The translations under genes were made by a program, and so were the position numbers. Under the pieces are notes generated by a model. The model was not told the DNA's origin. It did not search any database and saw only the letters and a list, made by a program, of their open reading frames with translations. DNA of 64,000 nt, taken from positions 120,592,001 through 120,656,000 of the forward strand of contig NC_086097.1 in NCBI RefSeq assembly GCF_963921235.1, read 5' to 3'. This document shows, piece after piece, positions 50,190 through 61,958 of this stretch (the first letter of the stretch is position 1; every line of letters begins with the position of its first letter). The DNA comes from Mobula hypostoma. Lineage: Eukaryota.

Positions 50190-52190
50190 GGGGTTAAACT
50201 AATGGCAGGCCGTGAAGAGGATGTTTTCTATGGTGGGCAAGCATAGGACCAGAGGGCACAGCCTCAGAATACAAGGACATACTTTTAGAACAAAGATGAA
50301 GAGGAATTTCTTCAGCCAGAGGGTGGTGAATCTGTGGAATTCATTGCCGCAGATGGCTGTAGAGGCCAAGTCATTCAGCAACCTCTTTCAGGACTCTGGG
50401 ATGTAGTCCATCTAGTCCAGATGACTAAAGTGCTAGGCAAACTGGAAGGTCTTAAAGTGAATAAGACACCTGGACCATATGGACTACATCTCAGCGTACT
50501 GAAAGAGGTTGTGGAAGAGATAACGTTTGCATTGGTCATGATCTTTCAAGAATCACTTGATTCTGGCATGGTCCCAGAGGACGAGAAGATTACAAATGTC
50601 ACTCTACTCTTTAAGAAGGGAGGAAGACAAAAAAGAGGAAATTATAGGCCAGTTAGCCTAACTTCAGTGGTTGAGAAAGTATTGGAGTCCATTATTAAGG
50701 ACAACATTTTGGGGTACTTGGACACTAATGATAAAATAAGCCAAAGTCAGCATGATTTCTGTCAAGGGAAATCTTGCCTGAGAAATCGGTTAGAATTCTT
50801 TGAGGAAATAACTAGCAGGGTGGACAATGGAGAAGCAGTGGATATCACTTACTTAGATTTTCTGAAGGCATTTGATAAGGTGCCTCATATGAAGTAGCTT
50901 AACAAGATAAAATCCAATGATGTTACAGGAGGTATACTGGCATGGATATAGAAATGGCTGACAGGAAAGAAGCAGCAAGCAGGAATAAAGGGGGCTTTTT
51001 CTGGTTGGCTGCCAGTGACTAGTGTTCTTCAGGAGTCAGTATTGGGGCCGCTACTTTTCACGTTGTATGTCAATTATTTAGATAGTGGAATTGATGGTTT
51101 TGTGGCAAAGTTTGCTGATGATACGAAGTTAGGTGGAGGGATAGGTAGTGCTGAGGAAGGACTTAGACAAATTTGAAGAATGGGCAAAAATGTGGCGGAT
51201 GGAATACAGTGCTGGGAAATGTATAATAACACATTTTGGTACAAGGAACAATAGTGCAGCCTATTATCTAAACAGGGAGAAAATTCAAACATCAGAGGTG
51301 CAGAGGAACTCGTACAAGACTCCCAGAAGGTTAATTCACAGGTTGAGTCTATAGTAAAGAAAGCAAATGCAATGTTGGCATTTATTTCAAACAGAATAGA
51401 ATATAAAAGCAAGGAGATAATGCTGAGGCTTTATAAGACATTAGTTAGGCTGCACTTGGAGTATTGTCAAATGTTTTGGGCCCCTTATCTCAGAAAAGAT
51501 GTATTGTCATTGGAGAAGAATCCAGAGGAGGTTCACAAGGATGATTCCAGGAAAGAAGGGGTTAACATATGAAGAGTGTTTTGTAGCTTTGGACCTGTAC
51601 TCACTGGAGTTTAGAAGGATGCTTGGGGATCTCATTGAAACCTACCTAATGTAGAAAGGACTAAATAAGGTGGATGTGGAGAAGATGTTTCCTCTGGTGG
51701 GGGTACCCAGAACTAGAGGGCACAGCCTCAAAACTGAGGGACGACTTTTTAGAACAGAAGTGAGGAGGAATTTTTTTTTAGCCCGAGAGTGGTGAATCTG
51801 TGAAATGCTCTGCTACAGACTGCGGTGGAGGCCAAGTCCATGGGTATATTCAAAGCAGAAGTTGATAGATTCCTGATTGGTCGAGGCATCAAGTGATATG
51901 GTGAGAGGACAGGTGTATGGGGTTGAATGGGATCTGGGAACAGCCACGATGAAATGGGAGAATGGACTCAATGAGCTGAATGGCCTACTTCTGCTCTTAT
52001 GTCTTATGGATTTATGGTCTTATATTTAAAGCAGAGGTTGATATGTTCTTGCTTAGTAAGGGCACCAAAGTTTATTGGGAGAATGCAGAGAAGGATAATA
52101 AATCTGCCATTATGGAATGGTGGAGCAGACTCGATGGGCCAAATGTCTGATTTCTGCTCATATGTCTTATGGGGTCTAATGGAATGGTAG
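50190..52190 (+). mobile_element. CR1 LINE ORF2 (RT to 3'UTR) with flanking CR1 tails
   Basis: ORF 50334..50897 (TPGPYGLH, GNYRPVSLTS, YLDFLKAFDKVPH), KFADDTK, LYKTLVRLHLEYC. Confidence 0.92.
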
Positions 52191-52439
52191 ACAGAGTCAG
52201 AATATAGATGGAATGTGAACAGTCAATCATGAAAGAAAAACTAAGGAACTCCCATATACAGAGAATACATAGATTTGACAAGGGACATGAGAGAGATGCA
52301 AGGAATCTTCAAGTTATGCAGATGAACAGAGGATTTTTTCAATATTAGTTTTTTAAGGTTGTTAGATAGCTCCATAAATATGCATGAAGTGGTGGGATAT
52401 GGATCATATTCAGTCCAAAGAGAATTAGTTTATTATAAA

Positions 52440-53040
52440 CTCAAGAGATTCTGCAGATATTGAAAATCCAGAACAATACAAACAAAATGCTGGAGGAACT
52501 CAGCAGGTCAGGCAGCATCAATGGATATAAATAATCAGTCGATGTTTCAAGCCAAGATGCTTTATTAGTCAGGAAAAGAAGGCAAAATAAGATGTTGGGG
52601 GTGGGAGTGGAAGCAGTACATACTGGCAAGAGATAGGGAAAACCAGGTGAGGGCGGACATGGGTGGATGTATGAAGTAAGCTGGGGGTGATAGGTGGATG
52701 AGATAAAGGAATGAGTGGACAATGGAAAGAAGGGAAAAGGATGAGCACCAGAGGGAAGTGATGGGCAAGCAAGGAGAAGAGAAAGAAGAGAGAAAAGGGA
52801 ATGGAAATTGATAAGGGGTGGGGAGAGAGAGTAATTACCAGAAATTAGAGAAATGGATGGTCAAGCCATCAGGTTACACAGATGGAATGTGAGGTGTTGC
52901 TTTTCCAACCTCAGTGGCCTCATCATGGCAGCAGAGGATACCATGGACTGGCATGTTGGAATGGAAATGGGAAGTTGAATGGAAATGGAGGCCACCGGGT
53001 AATCCCACCTCTTGTGGTGGATGGAATGAAGGCTCTCACA
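52440..53040 (-). mobile_element. Penelope-like 3' end / pLTR, degenerate
   Basis: Homologous to 34170-34690 and 43051-43520; decayed hammerhead at about 52536-52575. Confidence 0.75.
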
Positions 53041-53357
53041 TTGTGTTTGGCACAGTCTTTATCAACTGTTCAATGTACTATGTTTGATGTACACATGTTT
53101 GGAATGGTGTAGTTTTCTTTCATGCTGTAATCTGAAACTTAAAGTCAATCCTTGTTTTAACAAAATATGTTTGAATCAGGAAGTTAATGGATTGCTGAGA
53201 CAGAGAAACTTTTAATTTCAAGTTTAAGACAACTAAACATGTAAAACTATATCTTCAATAATTTATATAGTCACTTCAGCTTCTTATTTTCAACTGGTCC
53301 TATGACCTTTTAAAATAAATTGCGAATAAGGATCTAGTGCTTTCTCAGTGTTTATGA

Positions 53358-53500
53358 CAAATAAACTTTTTCTGGGTTTCAAGCCGGATACAGGTATCGA
53401 TTATAACCGACGTTTCAATGGCAAGCCCTGCCTTAGAAGAGTTATAATCGATATAATTGATGCCCGTATTCGGCTTGAGGCCTTAGGGGAGTTTATTCAT
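53358..53500. mobile_element. Short inverted-repeat remnant, probably a second Penelope family
   Basis: Imperfect arms ataaact...caagccggatac.gg.atcgattataac / gttataatcgat...gtattcggcttg...agtttat. The minus strand has GAAACGTCGG preceded by a ggcag..ttgcc stem; the CUGANGA half is missing. Confidence 0.5.
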
Positions 53501-53639
53501 CTAACTGGAAATATTTCAAAATTCAATGCCAAGATAGTTCTTGTATGATGTGACAAGTTTAGACCTGTAATTGAAGGGACAAATACGCTTTTGGGCAAGT
53601 TTTCTGCAGCCGTTGGAAGGGAGCAGGTATTTAAACGAG

Positions 53640-54145
53640 GTTTGATGGTTGATAGGTCAAAAGATGGGGCAGTTGGTGTAAAGGCCAATGCAGCATGTAG
53701 AGAGATTGTGAGGAAGGATAGGCAGTGGCTAGAGCATAATTACAGTCAGTTGTATGGGTTGAAGCCTGTCTTTTTTAATGCAAAATGTATCAAGGACAAG
53801 GGGATGAACTTAGATCATGGATCAGTATATGGACTATGACATTGCGGCCATTGGCAGAGACTTGGCTGTCGCAAGGGCAGGAAGAACTGCTGGATGTTCC
53901 GGAGTTTAGATGCAACAAAAGGGACAGATAGGGAGATGAAAGAGGCGGGGTAGTGGCTTTGCTAATCAGGGATTGTATAGCAATTACAGAAAGGAAAAAG
54001 TCCTGGAGAGATCATCTACTGAGTGTGTGTGGGTTGAAGTCAGACACAGGAAGGGAACAATCACTCTATTGGGAGTATTCTACAGACATCCCAATAGCAA
54101 CAGAGACATTGAGGTGCAGATCAGGAGGCAGATTTTGGAAAGGTG
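53640..54145 (+). mobile_element. CR1 LINE endonuclease-domain fragment
   Basis: FNAKCIKDK, YDIAAI..TWL, RGGVVALLIRD, VWVEVRHRKGTITLLGVFYRHPN. Confidence 0.8.
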
Positions 54146-54733
54146 CAAACGTGCCATAGAGCCTGTACTAAGTTGCATGTTCTATGTTTAAAGTGAATGG
54201 AAAGCTGAATACAGTGAGTATTAGAACAAAATGTATCTGTTTGGGTGCTTATCCCTGTCAATAAGTATGTTGCCACACATTGGCAGGCAAAATTTGTAAC
54301 GCTGTCATTGAAGAAAAGAGGGAGATAGAGAAAACTATGAACTTTGGAGCAGGTAATACGACCCAGTCATAGGACAATTCTGGAATCTATCATTAAGTAA
54401 ACAGCAATTAGCCACAAAGAATAACAATAGGACTAATCAGAGTCATTGTGCATTGAGATAAGAGAAACTATGTTTGATAAATAAAAGTGTTTTTGAGGTT
54501 TTAACCAATGGAATATATGGTCAGCCAGCTATTGTGATATAGTTTGATATTCTGAAAGCCTTTGAGAAGATGCTATTCTTAGGAAACATACTTATAACGC
54601 ATTTGACGGGGTAATGTATTGGTGTAGAATGAGGATTGTTTTAATGAAAGTCAGGAATTGATCATTTTCAGATTGTGAATCCTATGACAAATGATCTGAT
54701 TCTGAGATCGATGCTGGAATCTCAACTGAGTTT

Positions 54734-55234
54734 AGTCTATAGCAGTGATATGGAAGTCCAGAGCAATGATATGGAAGTCTATAGCAGTGATATAGAAGTC
54801 TATAGGAGTGATATAGAACTCTATAGGAGTGATATAGAACTCTATAAGAGTGATATGAAAATCTATAGCAGTGATATGGAAGTCTATAGGAGTGATATAG
54901 AACTCTATAGCAGTGATATGAAAATCTATAGCAGTGATATGGAAGTCCAGAGCAGTGATATGGAAGTCTATAGCAGTGATATAGAAGTCCACAGCAGTGA
55001 TATGGAAATCTATAGCAGCGATATGGAAGTCCACAGCAGTGATATGAAAGTCTATAGCAGCGATATGGAAGTCCACAGCAGTGATATGAAAGTCTATAGC
55101 AGCGATATGGAAGGCTAGAGCAGTGATATGGAGGTCTATAGTAGTGATATGAAAATCTATAGCAATGATATGGAAGTCTAGAGCGGTGATATGGAAATCT
55201 ATAGCAGCGATATGAAAGTCTATAGCAGTGATAT
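54734..55234. repeat. 21-bp minisatellite, about 24 copies, consensus AGTCTATAGCAGTGATATGGA
   Basis: Direct reading; an extra about 1.5 units at 55278-55312; embedded in a decayed CR1 (about 54370-55500). Confidence 0.95.
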
Positions 55235-55571
55235 ATTCAGGTATAATTTATCCATGACTGCTAGTAATTTGGTTTAGAGTCTATAGCAGTGATATGGAAG
55301 TCTATAGGAGTGAAGAAGATGTAAAAAAGGCTTCAAGGAAACACTGCATATACAAAATATAAAATTAGTGAATGAAGAAGAGTGTGGAATATAATATGGA
55401 ACAGTATCAGGCCATCTATTGTGACAGAAAAAATAGAAAGAAAGGATTTGTATTTTTAAATTGTGTGTGAATGAAAGATGCTAGTGTTCAGATAAACATG
55501 CATGTGCAGTGTATCACTGAAAAAGATAAAAAAAAGCATTAGATTTATTCATCACATGTACATCTAAACAT

Positions 55572-56100
55572 TGGGGTGTATGGGATGTCTAGGGAGGGAT
55601 AGCACCTCTGGAGAAGGAGCTTGTCATGTTCATTCTGGGGCAACTCACTCACTTTGGTCCCCACTAGACACTCAGCTCTCACCTATGGCTCCAAGTAGCT
55701 GTTTGCATGTGACAATGGCCACACCCCAGTACACCGCTTTGACAGGGGGCTCAACCATGTGAGTGTAGCTGGTGGTTTAATACCCTGGTGAGGAAGCGAC
55801 ATACCTGTCCCATCATGTGAAGCCAGCTCCGGCGGACTGGGTGAATGAGATCTACAGGGAGATCCAATGGCCAAGAAGGCAGTGCTGCAATGCTTGAAGG
55901 GCATGATAGAGCAAAGAAGATGTCATGGCCATTCACTGCAACCAAGGAACACTTCTGTTTGTGATGCTTGTTCATACCACTGGACCCAAAACTCTGAGGT
56001 CGTAATATTGGAACTGCCCTGGTGCAATGGTTTTTCAGTCTTAAAGATTCTCTTGCACAGGTTTCCTGTCATCACTGGACATGATGGACAACCACCACAT
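55572..56100 (+). mobile_element. Probable RTE-related non-autonomous element or SINE
   Basis: GC-richer block distinct from its flanks and resembling RTE 5'UTR-derived repeats. Single copy in this window; family not confirmed. Confidence 0.35.
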
Positions 56101-56564
56101 CAAAATATACAGTGAAATATGTTCTTTGCGTCATATCAAATCAGCAAAGACTGAACTGAGTAGCTCGCAAGTGTCACCATGTTTTTGGCAAATACATAGC
56201 ATGCCCATAACTCACTAACCCTAACTGTGCATCCTTGAACTGTGGGAGGAAATTGGAGCACCGGAAGGAAGTTCACGTACTCATGAGGAGAACGTGCATA
56301 CTCCTTACAGAAAGTGGCAGGAATTGAACCTGGATCTTTCAACTGGCACACTGTAATGTGTTGTGCTAATCGCTATACTACTATGCTGTACATAAAGATA
56401 TGGCAAGAAGTAATGAAGGTCAACAATATGTTGGCCATAATTGCAGGAAGAGTTGGTTACAAACTCCAAAAAACATCTTACTCTAATTATAAAGTGCTCA
56501 ATTGAGATTTCATATAGAAAACTACGTACAGAACTGGGTTCCCTACCTATGGAATATAGAGAAA

Positions 56565-56980
56565 GTTCAAAGTAAAATTGATTATCAGAGTACATACATG
56601 TCACCACATGCAACCCTAAGATTTTTTTTCCTGTGGGCATACTTTGCAAATCGATAGAACAGTAACTGTAAACAGGATCAAAGAACAACAAACTGTGCAA
56701 ATGCAAATATAAATAAATAGCAATAAATAATGAGTATGAAATAACATGAAATGTAAGATCATGACATAACAAGATAAAGAGACCTTAAAATGAGACCATC
56801 GGTTGTCGGAACACCAGAAATGGAATGAGTGTATTTACAGTTGGGGAATAGTAACTGTTCTTGAACCTGATGGTGTGAATCCTGAGACACTTGTACCTTA
56901 CACCTAATGGCAGCAGCAAGAAAAAAGCATGGCCTGGGTAGTGGAGATCTTTTATGATGGTTGCTGCTTTTCTATGGAGC
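56565..56980 (-). mobile_element. Rex1/Babar 3' fragment
   Basis: RKAATIIKDLHYPGHAFFLLLPLGVRYKCLRIHTIRFKNSYY plus 3'UTR. Confidence 0.85.
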
Positions 56981-56989
56981 TTTTCTAAG

Positions 56990-57225
56990 TGGTTGCAAGT
57001 GGCCAAGTGGTTAAGGCATTCATCTAGTGATCTGAAGGTCGCTAGTTCAAGCCTCAGCTGTGGCAGCGTGTTTGTGTCCTTGAGCAAGGCACTTAACCGC
57101 ATATTGCTCTAGTGTCTGTGCGAGGAGTAGCACCCCACACAGACTTCCAATCTGTGCTTTGTAAGGTATGAAAACACCCGATGCAGGCCTCTCATAGTCT
57201 GAGTCGACATTCCCTCCTTTTCGAA
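56990..57225 (+). mobile_element. CORE-type tRNA SINE
   Basis: TGGCCAAGTGGTTAAGG A-box, AGTTCAAGCC, GTGTCCTTGAGCAAGGCACTTAA. Confidence 0.85.
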
Positions 57226-57882
57226 GCCCCATAGGTGATTGCTGGAATAGTAGACTTATTAAATGAGGAGAGATTAGGAGGTCTGGGCTAATTCTCTTGA
57301 ACTAAGAAGCATACTGAAATATATACATTTTTACGAGACTTGACAGAGTGAATGCAGAATCGATATCAACCTTGACTGCAGTTTTAGAAGCAGGAATCAT
57401 CATCATTTGGAACAGAGAGGAGGGGCCTGAGAGCAGAACACCAACTGGTGTTCAGCCCTACTGTTCCATGCTAGCCAAGATCCCCCACCAGAGCTTGTAT
57501 GTCTGCCTGTGTCTGATCCATCTCCCTCGCTTCTCACTAGTACCATAGGGTGGGAGGTGCAGGAGTTTTGGATCCCACACCACCAGGTACAGGAACAGTT
57601 GTTACCTTGCAGCCATTGAGCTATTGGACCGGCTTCACTCGCCTCTGCGCTGAACTGAATCCATAGCCATGGACTCACTTCTGGGGACTCTGCAGCTGAT
57701 ATTCTCCATATTGTTTGCTTACTTTTTTGCTATAGGTAAAATTTTAAACATTGGATGCTTGTGGGTTTTCAATTTTTTTATGGATCCTACTGTACTTCTT
57801 TGTTTTCCTGTAGGTGCCTGCAAGAAGATGAAGCTCAAGGTTCACATACTTTAATAATAAATTTACTTTGAACTTTGAACTT

Positions 57883-58013
57883 AGCAGATCAGGCAGCATC
57901 TAGGGAGGGAAATGGGCTGACTTCATCTGGTCCAGATGAAGGGTCCTGACCCAAAAGGTCAACTATGCATTCCCCTCCATAGATGCTGCCTGACCTGCTG
58001 AGTTCCTCCAGCA
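57883..58013. mobile_element. Old inverted Penelope pLTR fragment with decayed hammerhead
   Basis: agcagatcaggcagcatctag / atagatgctgcctgacctgct arms; gtccagatgaagggtcctgacccaaaaggtc core. Confidence 0.65.
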
Positions 58014-59314
58014 TGGGTATTAATGTCACCCAGGTCAGTGAGTTCTGAAATATCTACTCAAACGTGCTACAGGCAAAGCAAACTTGCTTCAAAAAACGTT
58101 GTCTGCTTTTAAGAAAAAGATTGAAAGTAAAGCTCTCCCTGTGATATCGGCACCCTGCTCTGGTGTGAAGCTAATGAACATTGTGCCTAGCAATAGCTGC
58201 GTGCAACGCCAACGTAAATGAGCACGCAGCAGGAAGTTGGCTGCTCGCTGTTTTAGAAGTATCGGGCGCCACATTGCGATCCCTGTGCATGCTGCTAGGA
58301 AGTATTGAACTTGGCTTTCTCTGTCTTATCACTGCGAGCAGTCTGTCAGACAGAAACCTCAACAAAGCATGTTTTGTTTATGAATTAACTAAAGCCTTGA
58401 AATTAAAAACATCTCAAGGAATGTTACAATCAAATGCAAAATCATATTACTTAATGTGATTTAGGATTAGGTAGGATGCGATATGACAGGAAATGAAATT
58501 GTATGATAATTGTTCATAAAATGGAAGAGCATCATCACAAATTTTGTTATCTCTCAGATTCAAGTTGAGGATTTTGCAAAGGATGTAATTAAATTTATAC
58601 ATATTACATCCCCAGTCAATATTTTTAAACAATATTGATGAATTCCCTAAACTTTAACTCTTGGCTGATTAAATGGGTTTTCTGCCTTAAGCACTTCGGA
58701 ATTGAATGAATTCTGAATATCAGAGACCAGACACAGCATGGATTTCACAGTGTTTGTGCCTGATAAATGTACTGAGGGAAGCACACACCTTCACACTGCT
58801 TTCTCATTACCATGATTGCTGCATGCAGCCAGTACTCATCCTACACTGCATTGTGTGCACACATCAGCAGGGGCCATAATATTGTTACTTGCTGGCACTA
58901 TTTTAAAAAAGCTGTGCTGCTTAAAGGCAGACTGCATTCCTTAAAGAAGTGCCTTGTGGTGACTCGAAGTGCTAAATTCATTTGGATAAAGATGATAAGC
59001 ATTATTTGCTTTGCTCCATTTCTCACATGTGGACCAAAAGACTATTAAACAAAACAGCAGAATTAGGCCATTTGGCACATCATGGCTGATTTACTATACC
59101 CCTCAAGCCCACCCACCTGCCATAACATTTGACACCCTTACTAATCAAGAATCCTATCAACCTCCACTTTAAATATAGAATCAGAATTAGGTTTACTATC
59201 ACCAGCAAATGTCCTGAAATTTGTTAACTTAGCAGCAGCAGTTCAATGCAATTCATAATATAGAAGAAGAGGAAAGAAAATACAAATAAATAAATAAATT
59301 TACAGTATACATAT

Positions 59315-60195
59315 TGTTACGAGAATACACATAAAATTAAGATGTTTGCTGGCCTGGGCTAGCATCAGTGGCATCAGCAGTTGGTCTGCCACCTGCCCTC
59401 AGGGGAAGGAGAGATAAGGAACAATGGAGCAGCGTCTGGAGATGTGTAATGAAGGGATGTGGGAGGAAGAGCTGTCTGGAGCGGCTCCCCCCTTTGAACC
59501 CTGAACTGTTTGAAGTGATGGACAGGCGATACCCCAGCAGGGGGATAAAAAGGGACAGGTTCGCTAAGACAGACACACACGCCACCCGAGGTAACGAGAC
59601 CCTGGAAGCGGTGCGCTTCTCACGAGTGGGTGGGAAGTCCCAGACAACGACAAGGGTGGAAAGGTACGATCAGCGGGAACCCGGTGTGTGTCCGCCCTTG
59701 CCTGGGTGCCGGGTTCACTGCAGAGGATCGACCGCATCTGGAGGAGGGGTCACAGTCGGTGACCTCAGGTGACATCACCAAGGACCCGCCCAAAAAGCTG
59801 TTTGTGAGCCATCTCGCTGGTCTGTGAGCCATCCTGCTGGTCTGTGAGTGAAGCCGTTCTGAATGATGAGTTGTTCCTATTCTATCTCTCTCTTCCCCCA
59901 CGTTGTCCATCGCCATGGCAACGATTACTGCGAACTGAACTACAAACTGGACTGAACTTTGGGTCATTTTGAAATTGGTCATTTAACCCCTAGACAACGA
60001 TAGAGCTTGATTGATGCTGTTATCTTAATTCTGTGCACATGTGTGATTATCATTGTTGAATTGTTGCATTTATTATCCTTTCGATTACTGTGTTGCTTGT
60101 TTCTTTAATAAAACTTTCTTAGTTCTAGTACTCCAGACTCCAACTGAGTGATCCATTTCTGCTGGTTTGGCAACCCAGTTACGGGGTACGTAACA
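59315..60195 (+). repeat. 5' LTR
   Basis: TGTTACG...CGTAACA (7-bp terminal inverted repeat); AATAAA at about 60107. Confidence 0.97.
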
Positions 60196-60199
60196 TAAG

Positions 60200-60217
60200 T
60201 GGGGGCTCGTCCGGGAT
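60200..60217 (+). promoter_or_regulatory. Primer binding site, tRNA-Pro
   Basis: TGGGGGCTCGTCCGGGAT, the canonical 18-nt tRNA-Pro PBS also used by MLV, 4 nt after the LTR. Confidence 0.95.
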
Positions 60218-60293
60218 TTTGAACGCTAAATTTGGGACGGAGTAAATTGATTGGGTTAAAATTCCCGAAAGAAAGAAAAGACAAACAGCAGAA

Positions 60294-61958
60294 ATGGAGG
60301 TTGAGGAATTTATAAAGGCGCCGACCTTGGAGGCATTAGAGGATGCCAGGAAATCGGAATTGATAGCTGTGGCAAAACGGGTGAATCTTGCTAAGGTGAA
60401 GTCGACAATGAGGAGAGAGGAGATACACAGAGCTATTGTAGAGCACTATGTATCTAAAGGTGTGTTTCCCCAAGGTGAGCTGGGGGAGGTGTCTATTGAA
60501 AAACCTGCTGGAGACGCGGTACAGGTACAGCTGGAAAAACTGAGACTCGAGCACGAGTTCCGGGTACGGCAGTTAGAAAGGCAGGAGAGAGAGTTAGAAA
60601 GGCAGGAGAAAGAGAAAGAGGTAGAAAGGCAAGAGAGAGAAAGACAGTTGGAGAGAGAAGAGAGAGAGAGGGACAGACAGTTGGAGAGAGAGGAGAAACA
60701 GAGGGAAAGAGAATTTGAGCTGGAGAAGTTAAAGATAAGGGCCGAGCAGGGGCTCGTGCCGAACCAAGGTGGAGGGTTCCGGGCGACCCAGGAGGTTAGG
60801 CTGGTTCCCCCATTTGACGATACCGATGTGGATCGGTACTTTCTCCACTTCGAAAAAGTAGCTATAAGTCAGGACTGGCCGAGGGATAAGTGGGTTGTTT
60901 TACTTCAGAGTGTACTGAAAGGGAAAGCCCAACAAGCTTACTCCGCTTTATCCCCGGAAGATGCCCAGAAGTATGAGGTGGTGAAAGAGGCCATCCTCAG
61001 GATTTATGAGTTGGTCCCGGAGGCATACCGGCAGAGGTTCCGGAATGCGAGGAAGCGGTGGGACCGCACGTATTTGGAGTTTGCTCGTGAGATGCAAACA
61101 TATTGTGAGCGTTGGTGCGCCTCGAAAGGGGTAGAGGGGGATTATGACAGACTGCTGCAGCTGATTCTGATTGAGCAGTTTAAAGGTTGTGTCCCTGAGG
61201 GTATGAGACCCTACCTCGATGAGAAAGAGGCAGCCACGTTAGCCGCAACTGCTAAGTTAGCGGATGAGTATGCGTTGACGCATAAAATGAAGGTTGCCCC
61301 GAGTAAAGGCTACCAGAAGGGTAGTCAGGACGGCGGGGAGAGTCCACCGGAAAAGTCAGAAAGTAAGCCGGGGACTAGTGAAAAGGATAAGGTAGACCGG
61401 GAGCAGTCTGGTAGGAAGTCTCCTGGAGTCGTCTGTTATAATTGTGGGAAAGTCGGACACTTTGCGTCCAGGTGCTTTGCCCCAAGGAAGGAGACGGGGA
61501 AAGGAAAAGCGGAAATTTTGAATGGCTGTATTGAGCTGTTAAGCGAACCGCTAGGGAAGGACAGGTCTGAAAAAGTCCAGGAAGGGCGCGAGAGGTTTAT
61601 CTCGGTCGGACTGGTGTCAGTGAAAAAGAGGTTAAAACCAGTTCCAGTGCGGATCTGGAGAGACACGGGAGCGTGTCAGTCACTAATACTGAAGAGTGTA
61701 TTAGAGTTTAGCTCAGAGACCCAGACTGGGGAGGTAGAGGTCAAAGGTGTTGGGGAAGGGACAGAGTCAGTCCCTTTGCACCAGATACATTTACAGAGCA
61801 ACCTGGTCTCTAGACTAGTCACGATCGGGGTGAGGTCCGAATTACCGATGAAAGACGTGGAAGTCTTGCTCGGTAATGACATCGCCGGAGGAATCGTGTT
61901 CCCAGTCGTGAGATTGACGGGTCAGCCTGCCAGCATGGAGGCCCGCCCGCGATGGTGA
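60294..61958 (+). CDS. gag: Intact Gag + aspartic protease of the Gmr1-like element (554 aa)
   Basis: E/R/Q coiled coil; LVPPFDDTDVDRYFLHFEK...ELVPEAYRQRFR capsid/SCAN-related region; CYNCGKVGHFASRC; RDTGACQSLIL and LLGND protease motifs; no stops. Confidence 0.9.
   Translation: MEVEEFIKAPTLEALEDARKSELIAVAKRVNLAKVKSTMRREEIHRAIVEHYVSKGVFPQGELGEVSIEKPAGDAVQVQLEKLRLEHEFRVRQLERQERELERQEKEKEVERQERERQLEREERERDRQLEREEKQREREFELEKLKIRAEQGLVPNQGGGFRATQEVRLVPPFDDTDVDRYFLHFEKVAISQDWPRDKWVVLLQSVLKGKAQQAYSALSPEDAQKYEVVKEAILRIYELVPEAYRQRFRNARKRWDRTYLEFAREMQTYCERWCASKGVEGDYDRLLQLILIEQFKGCVPEGMRPYLDEKEAATLAATAKLADEYALTHKMKVAPSKGYQKGSQDGGESPPEKSESKPGTSEKDKVDREQSGRKSPGVVCYNCGKVGHFASRCFAPRKETGKGKAEILNGCIELLSEPLGKDRSEKVQEGRERFISVGLVSVKKRLKPVPVRIWRDTGACQSLILKSVLEFSSETQTGEVEVKGVGEGTESVPLHQIHLQSNLVSRLVTIGVRSELPMKDVEVLLGNDIAGGIVFPVVRLTGQPASMEARPRW

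Noticed and set aside
54675..55118. 147-aa ORF of SSDMEVY heptads (and the antisense DFHITAI ORF) as a repeat protein or CRISPR-like array
   Set aside because: The frame is a by-product of a 21-bp tandem unit. There are no unique spacers, no cas genes and no exon context.
55765..55852. Possible HDV-like ribozyme (agctggt/gccagct pairing, ...gtgaatgag)
   Set aside because: I could not fit the canonical nested double pseudoknot in this copy; it would need a family consensus and a descriptor search.
58089..58459. Overlapping short ORFs as a host first exon
   Set aside because: No recognisable protein family and no convincing splice donor.
59909..59922. RFX X-box-like ATCGCCATGGCAAC in the LTR
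   Set aside because: Imperfect match and not conserved in the three solo LTRs.
59337..59982. ORFs inside the LTRs (repeated at about 25742, 29046, 36074 and 63328)
   Set aside because: Frames and lengths are not conserved between LTR copies, so they are chance ORFs.
60294..61958. Domesticated SCAN/Gag host gene
   Set aside because: It is flanked by near-identical LTRs with PBS and PPT, so it is a recent insertion rather than a fixed host gene.
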